Assembly (NCBI GenBank): GCA_034780895.1
Contig: JAUZTB010000001.1
Coordinates: 109,464,729 to 109,528,728 of the forward strand
Reading direction: 5' to 3'
Origin: Rhynchobatus australiae
Lineage: Eukaryota
Length of the DNA: 64,000 nucleotides
A program made the position numbers and the translations under genes. Numbering within the stretch: position 1 is the first letter of the stretch; each line of letters opens with the position of its first letter. Positions 1-12,869 of the stretch are shown one piece after another. Under the pieces are notes generated by a model. That model was not told where the DNA came from. It worked only from the letters and a program-made list of their open reading frames with translations, and searched no databases.

Positions 1-383
1 CAAGAGAGATGCCGTCTGGAGCTGTGCTCCTGATAGGGTCACTGATAGCGGTAAGGTCACTGGTGAGGTCCCTGACAAAGAACAATCCAACCAAAACCTC
101 AACGGTGGAACGGGCAGACGAAGTTACTTTGAACTCAATGAGTATGAAGGCAGATGAAGGCTGCAACAAATCCATCAGCTCCAATCGTCATGGTTTCCAT
201 GCCATTGGAATCAGTGAAATATTTGTGAAGTATTGTGTGCTTTTAGTAGTGCAACATCAAGTACACATTAAACAATTACATGCACAGGCTTCTTCGCTCT
301 GTGGGCTACTTCTCAAGCAATCGGGGGAGGGTGACGGAAGCAGGCAATGTGATGGCTGGAAGCTCCTAGTTAGGCAGCAATAG

Positions 384-510
384 TCAAAGCCTAATCTGCC
401 ATCTGGAACAACCTGTCCTGAATGTGGAGAACTTTCAGAGCCAAGATTGGACTCATAAGCTACTTGAGAGCCCATAAATAGATCAATGCAATGAAGACCA
501 TCAACGATGA
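384..510 (+). mobile_element. RTE-clade LINE 3' end
   Basis: CPECG/RTFRAKIGLISYLRAHK* resembles the C-terminal Cys/His motif of RTE ORFs; frameshifted. Confidence 0.65.
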
Positions 511-519
511 TATCTGATT

Positions 520-875
520 CCACCACCTTGTCTGGCAGCAAGTTCTAGATATCAACCACTTCCTGTGTAAAATACTTTGCTCTCAGATCTCCATTAAAAC
601 TCCTTTCTGTCGCCTATGCCCTCATGTTTATGATACTCCTACCATGGGAAAAAGACTCTATCTACCCTTTCTACACCTATCGGGTCATTCCTCATCTTCC
701 TTTGTTCCAAAGAAATCAAATCCAGCCTATCCAATCTCTCCTCATAACTAAAGTCCTCCAAACCAGGCAACATCCTGGTGAATCTCCTCTGCACTCACTC
801 TAGCACAACCACATCCTTCCTACAGTGTGGCAACCAGAAATGCACACAATACTCTAAGTGCGTTCTAACTAGTCC
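520..875 (-). mobile_element. CR1-like LINE 3' fragment
   Basis: Reverse complement resembles the CR1 ORF2 C-terminus (ccaggcaacatcctggtgaatctcctctgcac). Confidence 0.7.
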
Positions 876-2942
876 ACTTCTCTAATCATAAATAGCTTGT
901 ATTGGATCATAACCAGCATGCCAATTATAAAATGAATCCTAAAAATAGTTGAGTATCTGCAACTTGACAGGTATTTCCCAATAGACATAATGGGATCATC
1001 TTGTAGAAATCCTGCTGCTACTATGTAGTTGACTTTGGCCTATTTTTAACTGCACCAGGTTTAACGAGACTGCAGTAGAAATTTGATCCTCCAACTGTTC
1101 TGTATTACTCCAGAGGGAGATGCAGGCAAAGCTGAAGGCAAATTAGAGCTTAGTTACTCTTACACATATCAAAGTGACCACTGCATACACAATTCCAATT
1201 TATCACTTCAGGAAAGGCCATTGGCTTTCTCTCTTTATTTAGTTTGTTGTAAATAATTTATAACAATCAAATGATATACATGTATAACAATTTCAGAATG
1301 TGGCAAGTGCAATACTGAGATGTGCAAATACGTTAAAATTCAAAGTTTTATTGTATGAATGAGGGTAACTAGAATTATTTCATTCATTGTTAAAAGAAAA
1401 TCAAGTAACATGAAAAGGTAATCAGAACAAAACATACTTTATCATTTCAAAAATATGCAACAATAAAGTTAAAATACAATCTATCTGTACAAAATCAAAT
1501 ATAGTATTAACTTTCCACAAGTTTTTCCCAATTAGCTGAGCAATGTAGCTTTTTTTTTAAAAAAAACCTTTGCTCTTGCTCTTTGGGCCTGGAAAAATAA
1601 ACTCGGGATTAATTTGAAGTCATAGAAAGCAAATTTGATAATGTGGCAAACTTCCACACATTGTCTGTGAAACTGTTGCAATATCTTTAGTAACATTCCA
1701 GCAAGCTTGCTTAGGAAACCTTACAGGAAGTGGACACCCAATTATTTCAGCTTGAACACACAGCAATGTACAAAAAAAAATCCTACTCCTACAGAGCAGT
1801 CTTGATCATAACAACTTTATTCAAGGAACGAGGCTTCTCTCGGTATGAAGCTTGGTGTTGTGTTGCCAATATGAAAGCTTTTGTTGCACACAACCAAAAA
1901 TTTTAAATAATTCAGTCAAAATCATTGACTTGAGACTGAAAATGGGTGCAATTTTCTCTGCTTTCAACTTATTTTACTTTCAAAGGCAATGCACATGAAT
2001 CAACATGCACTATCAAGTATATTCATTTCAAAATCTGAATTTAAGAACAGTAAACTTCATTGGTATTATGACCACTTGGATTTGCTAGCTTCACAAATGC
2101 AGCAGCTTTACAGCTAGCATTAGTGACATTTCCATCCAAGAACTGAAAATGAAGTAGCCTTCAATATTTTGGGGTGGGGAATGCATTATTGTGGAATGTT
2201 TATGAAATACCATTGCTACATTTACTATGTCTTTTCATCCCACTTGACTTCAGATTTTACAACTAATTCCAAGTCTCAACACATTGAGCATCCAACATAA
2301 CTAAGCCTCAAGACAAATATTATAACACAAGAGAGAAAAGGGTAATCTATATGACCTCAAGTATGTTTTGCTATTCATTAAGATCATGGTTGATCAGAAC
2401 TCAATTTCAACTCCACTCTCCTGCCTGGTCCCTCCAACCCCAGGGCCTAAAAATCCATCTCAGCATTGAATATACTGAATTGCTCAACCTCCAATCTCAG
2501 ACAAAGATTTCAACAGACCAGTGAGAGAAGAGAATCCTCCCTCTCCTCTTAGTCCTGAAGGGGAAATGCTTTCTCTTGCAGCTATGCCTCTTAGGGGATA
2601 CATCTCAGGACCCAACATGTCACACCCACAGATGGAGAACATGTCAATACGATCATTACCCATTCTAAATTCCAGAATGCAGCCACAATCTTGCCTCACA
2701 AAATAGCTCCTTTATTCTAACAAACTAATAATAACATCAATTATAAATGTCCATAAAAATATCAAATCAAATTCCTTCTGGATCATCAACTACATAAAAT
2801 ATTTTATTAAAAGAGAAATTAACTTGCAGATACTTCATTTTATATATCATTCTAAAAGAGCAACTAACTTCACGTGATAAATACTGATCTTGAATTCTCA
2901 GATGGCAAATCATCCAATAAACCAATTGAAAAAATGGCCTAC

Positions 2943-3091
2943 CTCTTGTTTCTTTTCCTCGTGTTCTTCATCATTCTCAATTTCCTCTTCTTCTTCATCA
3001 CTACTCGAGGATTCTAAGATGACACTCATGTCTACTTTCCAGCTCTCAGGAACAATCCGCTGCTGGTGGAATTTGAGAGCTTCTTCCAGTG
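2943..3091 (-). CDS. ARID4A: ARID4A coding exon 10 (ALEEALKFHQQRIVPESWKVDMSVILESSSSDEEEEEIENDEEHEEKKQE); gene continues beyond the left edge
   Basis: 149 nt, tag/gtaggc, phase 1-0. VP.W..D.S.ILESSSSD motif; overlaps ORF 2910..3104(-). Confidence 0.94.
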
Positions 3092-5434
3092 CTATAAGTA
3101 ACAATTATTATTAGAGTCGCTGATTATTATGAAATAAAAAAAATCAGAACTTAACAGTACATAGGAGCCAATCAGTTCATCATACCCAAGTCTGTACTTC
3201 GAAAGTGATTTTGAATTAGTTCCACTGTCACACTCCTTCCACAGTTTTGCAATTTCTTTCCCTCTGCAAGTACATACTCAATTCATTTTTGAAAGGCAAG
3301 ATTAAATCTGCTTTTCTTCATTCATTATAACGATATTCCAAAACAAAACTGGCGGGATCTGATCTTACGAGCTGGAGTAGATTATGGGCCAATGCCAATC
3401 AAGTGGACACCTACAGCACAGACTTATCCTCCCGAATGATGTGCAATATCCAATAGATCAAATCAAACCAAACTGGATTCAACCCACTGCTCGGACTTGC
3501 CACACACAATCCCCACCCACCTGCACTTACCTAGACTGGAGGGATACTCAACCCAACTCTCTACACAAAATGGGCCTACAGAAAGGCATAGCAAGACACC
3601 CATGGTGAGGTACTGAGGCAAATATCAGTACACATGGAGCCACATCCACCAAAGCAAGTTTCACCATGTGCATAAGTAATGCCCTATGTTACAAGGCTGT
3701 TTAAGAGACTGGACACTGCAATTTTTCATCCTTTTTGAAATGTTTTGAATCTGTGTGTGAACATGATGTTCAATCAAGGGACTGTACATATTTGTGAATA
3801 TTCATTAACAAGGTATTCCACAGAACTTACATAGAAAAAGGCCATATAGCAAAGTGCTTCATACATGTACCTCCACCTAAACCTCTTAAAATGAGTTCAT
3901 CAGCATAGCTGTTTTCTCTCTCATGTATTTAATCATGCTTCCCTCATCTTTACTGATAGTTTCAATTACTCCTTTGACCGCATTACTAGAAAGATGATTT
4001 TTATGAATTCTCTACTGATTAATCAGTGACCATCTTAAACATGTGNNNNNNNNNNNNNNNNNNNNNNNNNNNNNNNNNNNNNNNNNNNNNNNNNNNNNNN
4101 NNNNNNNNNNNNNNNNNNNNNNNNNNNNNNNNNNNNNNNNNNNNNGACCATCTTAAACATGTGACCACACATGCAAAAACATCTTCTCCACATTAAACTT
4201 TTGATAATTTTACAAACCTCCATCAAGTGATTCCTCTGTTATTTTTTAAAAATTAAAACAGGGAAGAAGCCACCCCCACAATAAACACATTTGGCCTCCT
4301 TCCTGTTCTAATGATACCTGTAGAAAAATCATTGCACCTTTCCGAATGCCTCTGTATCATTTCTATAGTAAAGAACAGAATTTCAAACACTATTCCATAT
4401 GCGAATTAACTAATGTTTAATAGAATACAATTTTTCTGCTTTTCAATTCTATCCTTCTGGAAATGTTTTGCTTGTTTCTTGATTTTACAAATCCAAACTT
4501 AACAGCACATATGTTAAGGTGGACAATACCAGATGCTTTTTGAATACAGCATTAAGAAGTCACAAAAACAAGGCAATAGGAGGAGTAAGCCATACAGCCC
4601 CTCAAGCTTGGTGTGCTATTCATCATGATCATGGTTGACCTAATACTTGGCCTCAACTCCACTTTCTTGCCCAATGCATCCCAGCCTAACAAAATCACTT
4701 GCTATAACCAGCTATGCAGGGTACTGAATTCCAGAGACTCACAATCCCCGATCAAGATCCTCTATAACATTAGAAAGATCTTTGTTATAACAGTGATAGA
4801 GTACAAGTGTAAGGAAGCCAACAATCTATTTGCTATTCTTGTTTATTGTGCGTTTCTTGTGCAAGAACACCCATACCTTCCTGAACATCAACGATTAAGA
4901 GTCTAATTGCTGTTACCCAACTATTGTTCAAAATATAGCATTATACAGCAAAGACGTTTTGGTATGATTTTGTTCACAAAGTGCAGAATATCATTACTGG
5001 AGAAAGGATTCTTAGTCCCCATATCAAACATTGCGCAGACTGAAAACATTATTAAAGTTACACATACCCTACCCCACTCAGAAGATCTTCACTGTTCCAG
5101 AATCATGCATCTTTATTCTAAACTGTATATCATTGCCTGCTGCCTCTGAATGAAGCTACAAGATAGTACAACTACAGGTAGTTTGTTTCAGAAATTCAAA
5201 TTCACTGTTCAGTGAACTAAGACTGGTCAACCCTATATCCTAAGAAGTAGAACAAAATCAACCAAATCAGACAATGCATCAGGCCAACACCATAATCTGG
5301 AATACTACTCCGTCATTAAGGTTTCATAAGACAAGAAAGCAGTGATCCTCAAATTGCCAAGATTCAAGTTTGCTGATCACAACAGTAACTCCAGTTGCAG
5401 CAATTCACTTCATCACAGATGCCAACTTCCTTAC

Positions 5435-5511
5435 CTTGTTTAATGACTAGGTCTGGTTTTGACACTTTGTCCCAGTCAAGCTCTCTTATATCCTTTCTTG
5501 CTATAGGATAG
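5435..5511 (-). CDS. ARID4A: ARID4A coding exon 9 (YPIARKDIRELDWDKVSKPDLVIKQ)
   Basis: 77 nt, cag/gtaagg, phase 2-1; IARKDI motif. Confidence 0.93.
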
Positions 5512-6528
5512 CTGTTGTTTTAAAAAGAAACATATCACTATTCAATTTAATATAAAGAGAAAAGGCTTCATTGCTAAATTCTTTGATAGATTTAGCTGTC
5601 CTAGTACCTACCATAAAGCAAACTGCATTCACCTCACTTTCAACAAATGTCCCCTTTCACACATGATTTCAGTTATATCACACTGTTCATATACTAATTT
5701 AAACTTTCAAAATAAGTACAACATACAAACCAAGGCAGCATTTCAAATAAGCCAATTAGAATCTTGTTAAATTTAGTGTCCCACTAACTCAATTGCTGAG
5801 CAATGATCAGAACGATTTGCATAGAATAGCCATCAATCTGCGAATACCCCAGTGGAACAGCTTGTAATACAGAACTACATTTAGTTATTTTACTCATTCT
5901 AGTGGAGTCCTGTTAGGAACTAACTACTTGAACCACCAAACAGCATATTGCAATGAAAGAACCCCAGTTTTTGTTCTGACTTTAAGCAGTTATGATTGCA
6001 TAAACAAAATGGTCGAATACAGCCAAACAAATTTTAAAAGGAACTATTTACAAATGAAAGCAACAATAATTATCATACCTGAATGTAGGAGGATGAGAAT
6101 AACTAAAGGCCAAGTGAGTCTCAGATTCTCAATATGAAACAAAATTTGATGAACAGCCTAGCTACTGCCATTAAGTATTCTACCAAAGGATATGAGCAAT
6201 TATTTTTATATTTCTCCTTGTATGAAAAATAAACACAAGCTGGTTCTAGTGAATTACATAAGCACAAGGCTTGCTGAAACCTCCTTTGAGACAAGGCATC
6301 ATTTCTGAAAAGTGAAGTCTTTTATCCAAAGGGGAATGAAGTCAATAGTTTAGCTTCATTTTATAATGAAAATTAGGATCCAAAAATTGTTAAAATCAAT
6401 TTGAATATAAAGACAGTACAGAGTAGTTTGGGAGCTAACAATAATTATTTTTTATGTTTACAGACTTTAAAAATTTGCATGCTAAAGAATTTATTTCCTG
6501 TTTCTATACATTTCACATTTAAACTTAC

Positions 6529-6608
6529 AATTTGGAGTCTGCAAAAGATCGTACTAAACACTGATCCTTTTTCACAGTGATTTCATCACTGCAGCTTGGA
6601 GACAGCAC
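6529..6608 (-). CDS. ARID4A: ARID4A coding exon 8 ([27 protein letters not shown])
   Basis: 80 nt, cag/gtaagt, phase 0-2. Confidence 0.96.
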
Positions 6609-7659
6609 CTGAAATGAAATCATTTTTTAAAAATTTAAAGTAAGAGTTGCTATAAGCCGAAACCAAAATACCAAGAATCTCAGGAAAAAATATATTTGGT
6701 AATATTTAAGATCATTCTGGATCAGTGCTCATAAACAAAGATTCTCCAGAGGAACATCACCCAACTGGAATTAAAATCTTTTGATTTTATTCTGTCTGAG
6801 TTCAAGNNNNNNNNNNNNNNNNNNNNNNNNNNNNNNNNNNNNNNNNNNNNNNNNNNNNNNNNNNNNNNNNNNNNNNNNNNNNNNNNNNNNNNNNNNNNNN
6901 NNNNNNNNNNNNNNNNNNNNNNNNNNNNNNNNNNNNNNNNNNNNNNNNNNNNNNNNNNNNNNNNNNNNNNNNNNNNNNNNNNNNNNNNNNNNNNNNNNNN
7001 NNNNNNNNNNNNNNNNNNNNNNNNNNNNNNNNNNNNNNNNNNNNNNNNNNNNNNNNNTGTACACGCTAATGGTCACCCATGTTTTTAGTGGGAATAAGCA
7101 GGTTGAGGTTAAAATGTTATTGTAATGCATTCAGGACCAAACAAGGTGAATAAGGCCTGATCTGACAAACCAGGCTTTCTTCCTGCAGGATATTCCTAAT
7201 TGATTTGAAGCTCAACAAAACCTCTTCTTGGCAACTGTAATATCTTCAGGGTGGATGGAAAGAGGGAAATGGAAAAAGAAACAGAATAAAAGTATAAAAA
7301 ATTGCTACCTGTCATTTTCTCAAGTGCGTGCAAAGTAACATCTGAATTCTGCTCTCTTCTATAAGCCTCATGCTCAAAATAATATTGAAGAAAATTGGAG
7401 GTGATACTAGTCCTTAATCCTGTTCTTCACAAAGAGTACTAAATGAACCACTGAGAACAGTCATTTTATTTTTGAAATAGCAGGGCAGTCAGAAAAATTG
7501 AAGAATAACTGTGCTGTAGATCAAGACATTTGATATGGTCCTGTATCAAAGGTCAATGTGAAAAATAAAAGCTCACGGTGCAGGAGGTAACATATTGGCA
7601 CGGTTAGGAGACTGGTGGTTAACAGAGAGTAGGCATAAGTATGTCTTTTTCTGGTTAGC

Positions 7660-8640
7660 AGGATGCAGTGAGTGGCATGACACTGGGATTGGTGCTGGGA
7701 CCTCATTACAATTTATATTAAAAACAGATGAATGTATGGAAGGTATGGTTGCTAAATGTGTCGATGACACAAAGACATATAGGAAAGTAAGTTGTGAAGA
7801 AGACAAAGAGGCTACAAAGACATAGGTCAAGTAGGCGAGTAAAGATCTGACAAAATGAATATAATATGGGTAAATGTGAGATTGTCCATCTTAGCAGGAG
7901 AAATTTAAAAAAACATTATCTGAGAGGTTGCAATGCTCTGAGATCCAGAAAGACCTGATCCCAATACAGGTTTCACAGATGGCTAGAAAACAGCTGTAAA
8001 ATAAAGCTAACAGCATGTTATGGTTTATTGCCAGGAATCTTGAATACAAAAATAGGGNNNNNNNNNNNNNNNNNNNNNNNNNNNNNNNNNNNNNNNNNNN
8101 NNNCTGGAATATTTGTATAACATTGTCCTCCTTAATCAAGGCAGGATGTAAATGCATTGGGAGCAGTTCAGAAAAGGTTTATTAGACCAATATCTGGAAT
8201 GGGCAGGTTGCCTCATGAGGAAGGACTGGACAGGCAAACCTTGTATCCACTGGCATTCAGAAGAGTGACCGGTAACTTGATTGGAACCAGAATGATCTTA
8301 ATAGTGTAGGTGTGGAGAAGATGTTGCCTCGTGATAAAATCTAGAATGAAGAGTCACCGTTTAAAAATAAGGGATCAGATATTGAAGACAGATCAGGCAA
8401 ATTCTTCTCTCTGAGGATTGAGTTTCTTTGGAACTCAGCCTCATAGGGCAACGGAAACATAATCTCTGAATATTAAGGAAGAGGCAAATAGATGCCTGAT
8501 AAGCAAGTAGTGAAAGGTTACTACAAGAAGGCAAGAAGGTTGAGTTGGGGTTAAAACAAAAATCAGATCAACCATGATTTTACTTAAAGACCAAGGAATC
8601 TTCAAGGGTTGAGTGGCCTACATCTGCTCCTTATATGATA
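7660..8640 (+). mobile_element. CR1-like LINE, decayed reverse-transcriptase 3' half and tail
   Basis: VAKCVDDTK (FADDTK-like), LGAVQKRFIR-like segment, and a CR1-type 3' UTR (gggttgagtggcctacatctgctcc). Confidence 0.8.
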
Positions 8641-9144
8641 TCCAATTCAATCTGACCAGATTACTTAGTAGAATAGATTATGCATTAGAATAGAGCCTGG
8701 AAACATCTGATCTGAGAAGATAATCAAGTTCAGGCCTGCCTAGATGGATGCAAGACTTCCAGCGGTTGGCTTTCCTGGAACTGAGATGGGCATTACCAGA
8801 CTACTCTGCCCAAATTTAACTCATGATGTGAAGCACATCGCATTGCACAAGCACTCCAAAAGCTGCTGATACCCTAGAACTAATTTGGACTTAATTGTTA
8901 CAATTTAGTTTTAGCATACAATTTCCAGCAACACACTCAGTACTCTTACAGTGCATGTCATATTAATTTCAATGTGCAAAATAAACACATTTTATTTTCA
9001 GTCAACAGCATGAAACAGTCCTGAATGTGCTAAAGTTCACAATCCATGCAACATAACCATTTAAAAACTATCCAATAATGATCCAATGGTGCAGCTTACA
9101 AGGATGAAAGCAACAGCTATCATTGATAGTGTACTCTCACTTAC

Positions 9145-9280
9145 CAAAGCTGGATACCAGCCTTTTCTTTTATCCCCATTGCAATCTACATAAACGACTT
9201 TGCCCAAAAGTTCGTCATTAAGACGTCGCTTATCATCATCCTCCTCTTCACTTGATTCTTCCTCCTTTTCATCTTCAGGT
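9145..9280 (-). CDS. ARID4A: ARID4A coding exon 7 ([45 protein letters not shown])
   Basis: 136 nt, cag/gtaagt, phase 2-0; start of the RBB1NT/PWWP-like region (LLGKVV...WYPAL). Confidence 0.96.
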
Positions 9281-9859
9281 CTGCAAAAATATTTTAAAAA
9301 GTCATGAACTTCTTAACAAAGAATCATTGCTTGCATTTTAAGAAATACTAAAATTATATACAGTAAAAGCCATTGCCCAGCACAGCCGGCCATGACAGGT
9401 GTTGATTAATCCAGAGTTATATTATATAATAAATGCATTATGTTGCACAAAAATGATATGGTAATAACAATAAAGTACACATAAAACTGGAGTACCACCA
9501 GTAGCAGAACTAGAAGCACCTACCAACTGCATCTGAAACTACACTCAGTCGGATCACCACAGGGAGCCACTGTCATGCAGAAGAATTCCTGAACAGGATC
9601 CAGTTCAGCAAGAATGATGAACTATTTTGATAGATTTCTGAAATGCCAGTTTTTAAAGCACACAGATCGCAAAATGTCCAATAACAAATCTTTTATTGTA
9701 TACAGAAAATTACTGAGGAAAAAAAAATCACTCATTGTCACACCAATAATCAGTATGTATTAATCAGTAATTTTAAGAATCCAAAGGGACAAAAAATCTT
9801 GGAAATTTAAGGAACCTTTCACAATTTCAAGACAACCCAAAGTATTGTTGAAACATCTG

Positions 9860-10142
9860 AGTCAATTTTCACACAGAAGCAAGAAGGAAGACTAGTTAAT
9901 CTGTCATTAGTAAACTGAATAGTGTATTTTAAAGGATAGTGGTTGAATATGACACGGGGAGGACATATTTGCAGTTCTCTCTGATCTTTTCTGTCAATTT
10001 GAGGGGCAGACTGGCATCTGGCACCCAAGGTTTTATTTCCCTCACTCAGCAATGAATTTTACTGTTAATTTAGATTACATACAAGTCCAGGAGTAAAATT
10101 TGAACCTGTGACATTCTGATTCAGAGGCAGTAGTACTGTCAA
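9860..10142 (-). mobile_element. Old Deu-SINE-like element
   Basis: tRNA-like head gcctctgaatcagaatgtcacaggttcaaat on the minus strand followed by a degenerate Deu-like domain. Related copies at about 32770-33070(+), 39600-39890(-), 43450-43700(-) and 44760-44900(+). Confidence 0.5.
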
Positions 10143-10444
10143 ATGCACTTAACGTGAACTTAAATGCCAATTTTCCCAGGGATTTCTTGACTACTTTGTA
10201 GCACTAGACTCCACAACATTAACACTGGTGGTGAAACTGCTCTCAGATCCAGCATTCGACTTCTTGAATGGGAATTCTGAAGTTTCAGGGAAGAAATGGA
10301 AAAATTTTTCCCCAAACATTTTCAATTTGTGTTTTCAAGTGTTATTTTTTTTAATTTCTTGAAATTTTGGAAACTATTTTCTCATTTTTAATAGTTTTTA
10401 AATGTCTCTGAATAACACACATCAAAAAACTTTGGATTTTAAAA

Positions 10445-11050
10445 AAACTGAAATAAAGACAGAAAACTTTGGAACACTTTCCAGACCGTGCAACATCTGT
10501 GAGAAATGAAACAGATTTAATACCTCATGTCAAAGACCCTTCATCAGAACTGGGAAAGAGGAAAAACAAGTTTGTTTTCAGTTGCTGAAAAGGAAGAGAT
10601 TAATAGGACAAAGGAAACATTTGGGGTTCGGCAAGGCCAAGATTGGCAAGGCAATATATAGTGGTCAATAGGTAAATGGCAGAATTGAGAATGATAATAA
10701 CAAAAACAAGTATAAAATGTTAAATGCAGGGCTCTCTTTCACACCCAGCAGATCAGGCTATGCTAATGGAGAGGAAAACTGAGTCACAGATAGAGAAAAT
10801 GAGTTATCTAAGCTAGAGAACACAATATTGGATCAAGAAGGCTGCAATGTACCCAATGTTAGGTAAGATGCCATTCCTCAAGCTTGCATTAGGCCTCACT
10901 GCAACAGCACACGAGGCCATAAACAGATACATTACAGCGGGAGTTGGAAGGAGAATTAAAGTGGCAAGTAATAGGAAACAGGGTCATCCCATAGACCCAA
11001 CGCAGGCGTTTGCAAAGCGGTCATCCAATCTACTTTTTTTCCCCTCCATT
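10445..11050 (-). mobile_element. Penelope-like element remnant (GIY-YIG C-terminus plus terminal repeat)
   Basis: Minus strand gives KLEE..L...LGTLQPS-like residues followed by cagttctgatgaagggtc. Confidence 0.65.
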
Positions 11051-12613
11051 GACAGCTTTGATAAATGTCAGAGTTGGGAGCTGAAAGCTTTGCAAGTTAT
11101 TAAAGGCTTCCAAAGCAATTTTGTCTATGGAACTTATTCTGGCTCATCCATATCAGGACCATCTGGGGGCAGCAAATTCCACCTTCCAGAATGAAAGTAA
11201 TTCACCAGGTGTGAATGGCGAGTGCATACTCATACACAAGTGCTAAGAAAAGCAATGTTTCTGTTCTCCAGTGAAACCTTGGTAACATTCCTTACTGTTG
11301 TTTCTTGGTATCATGAANNNNNNNNNNNNNNNNNNNNNNNNNNNNNNNNNNNNNNNNNNNNNNNNNNNNNNNNNNNNNNNNNNNNNNNNNNNNNNNNNNN
11401 NNNNNNNNNNNNNNNNNATCATGAAAATTTACCTCACTATACAAACAAGATCATACTCAAGAACTAAAAGCAGGAAAGGACTTCCATCCCCTCAAGTCTG
11501 CTCCACCATTCAACCCTTCTCCCCATTTCCTGGAATCAATTTGGTGAATTTTTGACATATTCACTCTATCACAAGTGTGTGATATAGGCAAGGAGACTAG
11601 ACCTCCACAAAATATTCCTAGGGTACCATCTTCCTAGGTTTCAACATACTTGCAATAAGACATCTTGACTCTTGTACTCAAATCTTTGTCAAATAGAAGC
11701 CAATATACCAATTTCCTTCATAATTGCTTGCTGTAACTACACATTAACTTTGTGATTTATCTACAAGGACACCCAGGTCCATCTGAACACCTTTCAGTTT
11801 CTCATCAATTAAAAAAAACTCTGCCATTCTCAAAAGTTAACACTTTCTCATTTTCCTACACTATATTGCAACTACCATGTTTTCACCAACTCACTTACCT
11901 TATCCATATCCCTTTGAAGCTGTCAGCAAACTCCTCACAACCCAAAATGTCACCTTGCTGGGTACTATGAGCAAATTTGTATATTACACTTGAATCATTA
12001 CACTCATCATTGATCTCTGGTACACCCTACTAGTCAGTCTCCTAGCCCAAAAATAATCATGTATTTCAACTGTTTTCTGTCTGTTAACAAATCCTCTATC
12101 CACACCAGTACATTATCCGCATTCCCAATGTTCTAATTTTGTTTAATAATCTTTGTGACACCCTGTTGTTGGCCTTCTTAAAGTCCAAATGCACCACATC
12201 CACTGATCCTCCCATATCTTTTCTGCTAATAACAACTTTGAAAAAGTAAGATTTGGTTAAACATGATTTCTCTTTGATAAATCCATGTTGACTCTGCCAT
12301 TATTATTATTGTTTTCCCAAGTACCCTGTTGCCACATCCTTAAAATAGTCTGTGGCAGAAATGACAGAAATAATTGCAGGACCATTGGCAAAACCACAAG
12401 CATATTACAAAACCCACTAAAGCATCCAAATTGCTTTGAATGCCTTATAAAACTAACTGTTTATTAACATCACTCTTTTCATCACTGCTTCCTGCAGCAC
12501 AACTCCTGCAACATATTTTATTCTTAATTATTTCACATAAAAATCAATCATTTCAAGCATTCCACAATGTTGCAAAGGTGCAAAGAGATGCAGATTAGTA
12601 AAATGTTACTTAC

Positions 12614-12711
12614 ACAGGAGCAGATGATGATCTCCTTCCTCTATTTGTTTTCTTTCCAATTACAGGTGTGCCAAAGTGCTCCGGGTTTGTAAGTGGTAAC
12701 TGGTCAAGGGT
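12614..12711 (-). CDS. ARID4A: ARID4A coding exon 6 ([33 protein letters not shown])
   Basis: 98 nt, tag/gtaagt, phase 0-2. Confidence 0.97.
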
Positions 12712-12789
12712 CTAAAACCAAGCATTAAAATTATTGCTCTGAATTATAAAGATCAACCCGTGACATCAACTTAGAAAGCAATAGCTCAC

Positions 12790-12869
12790 CTCACTCTCAG
12801 CAAAATGTCTCTCTCCTTTCAGGCATAGAGATGTACGGCGAAGTGTCCTCTCATCGCCATCATCAAACA
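12790..12869 (-). CDS. ARID4A: ARID4A coding exon 5 ([27 protein letters not shown])
   Basis: 80 nt, tag/gtgagc, phase 1-0; matches vertebrate ARID4A. Confidence 0.97.

Noticed and set aside
6771-7130. ORFs spanning N runs (also near 11.3, 19.4, 24.3, 31.8, 34.0, 38.8, 58.5 and 60.8 kb)
   Set aside because: Artefacts of untranslatable assembly gaps.
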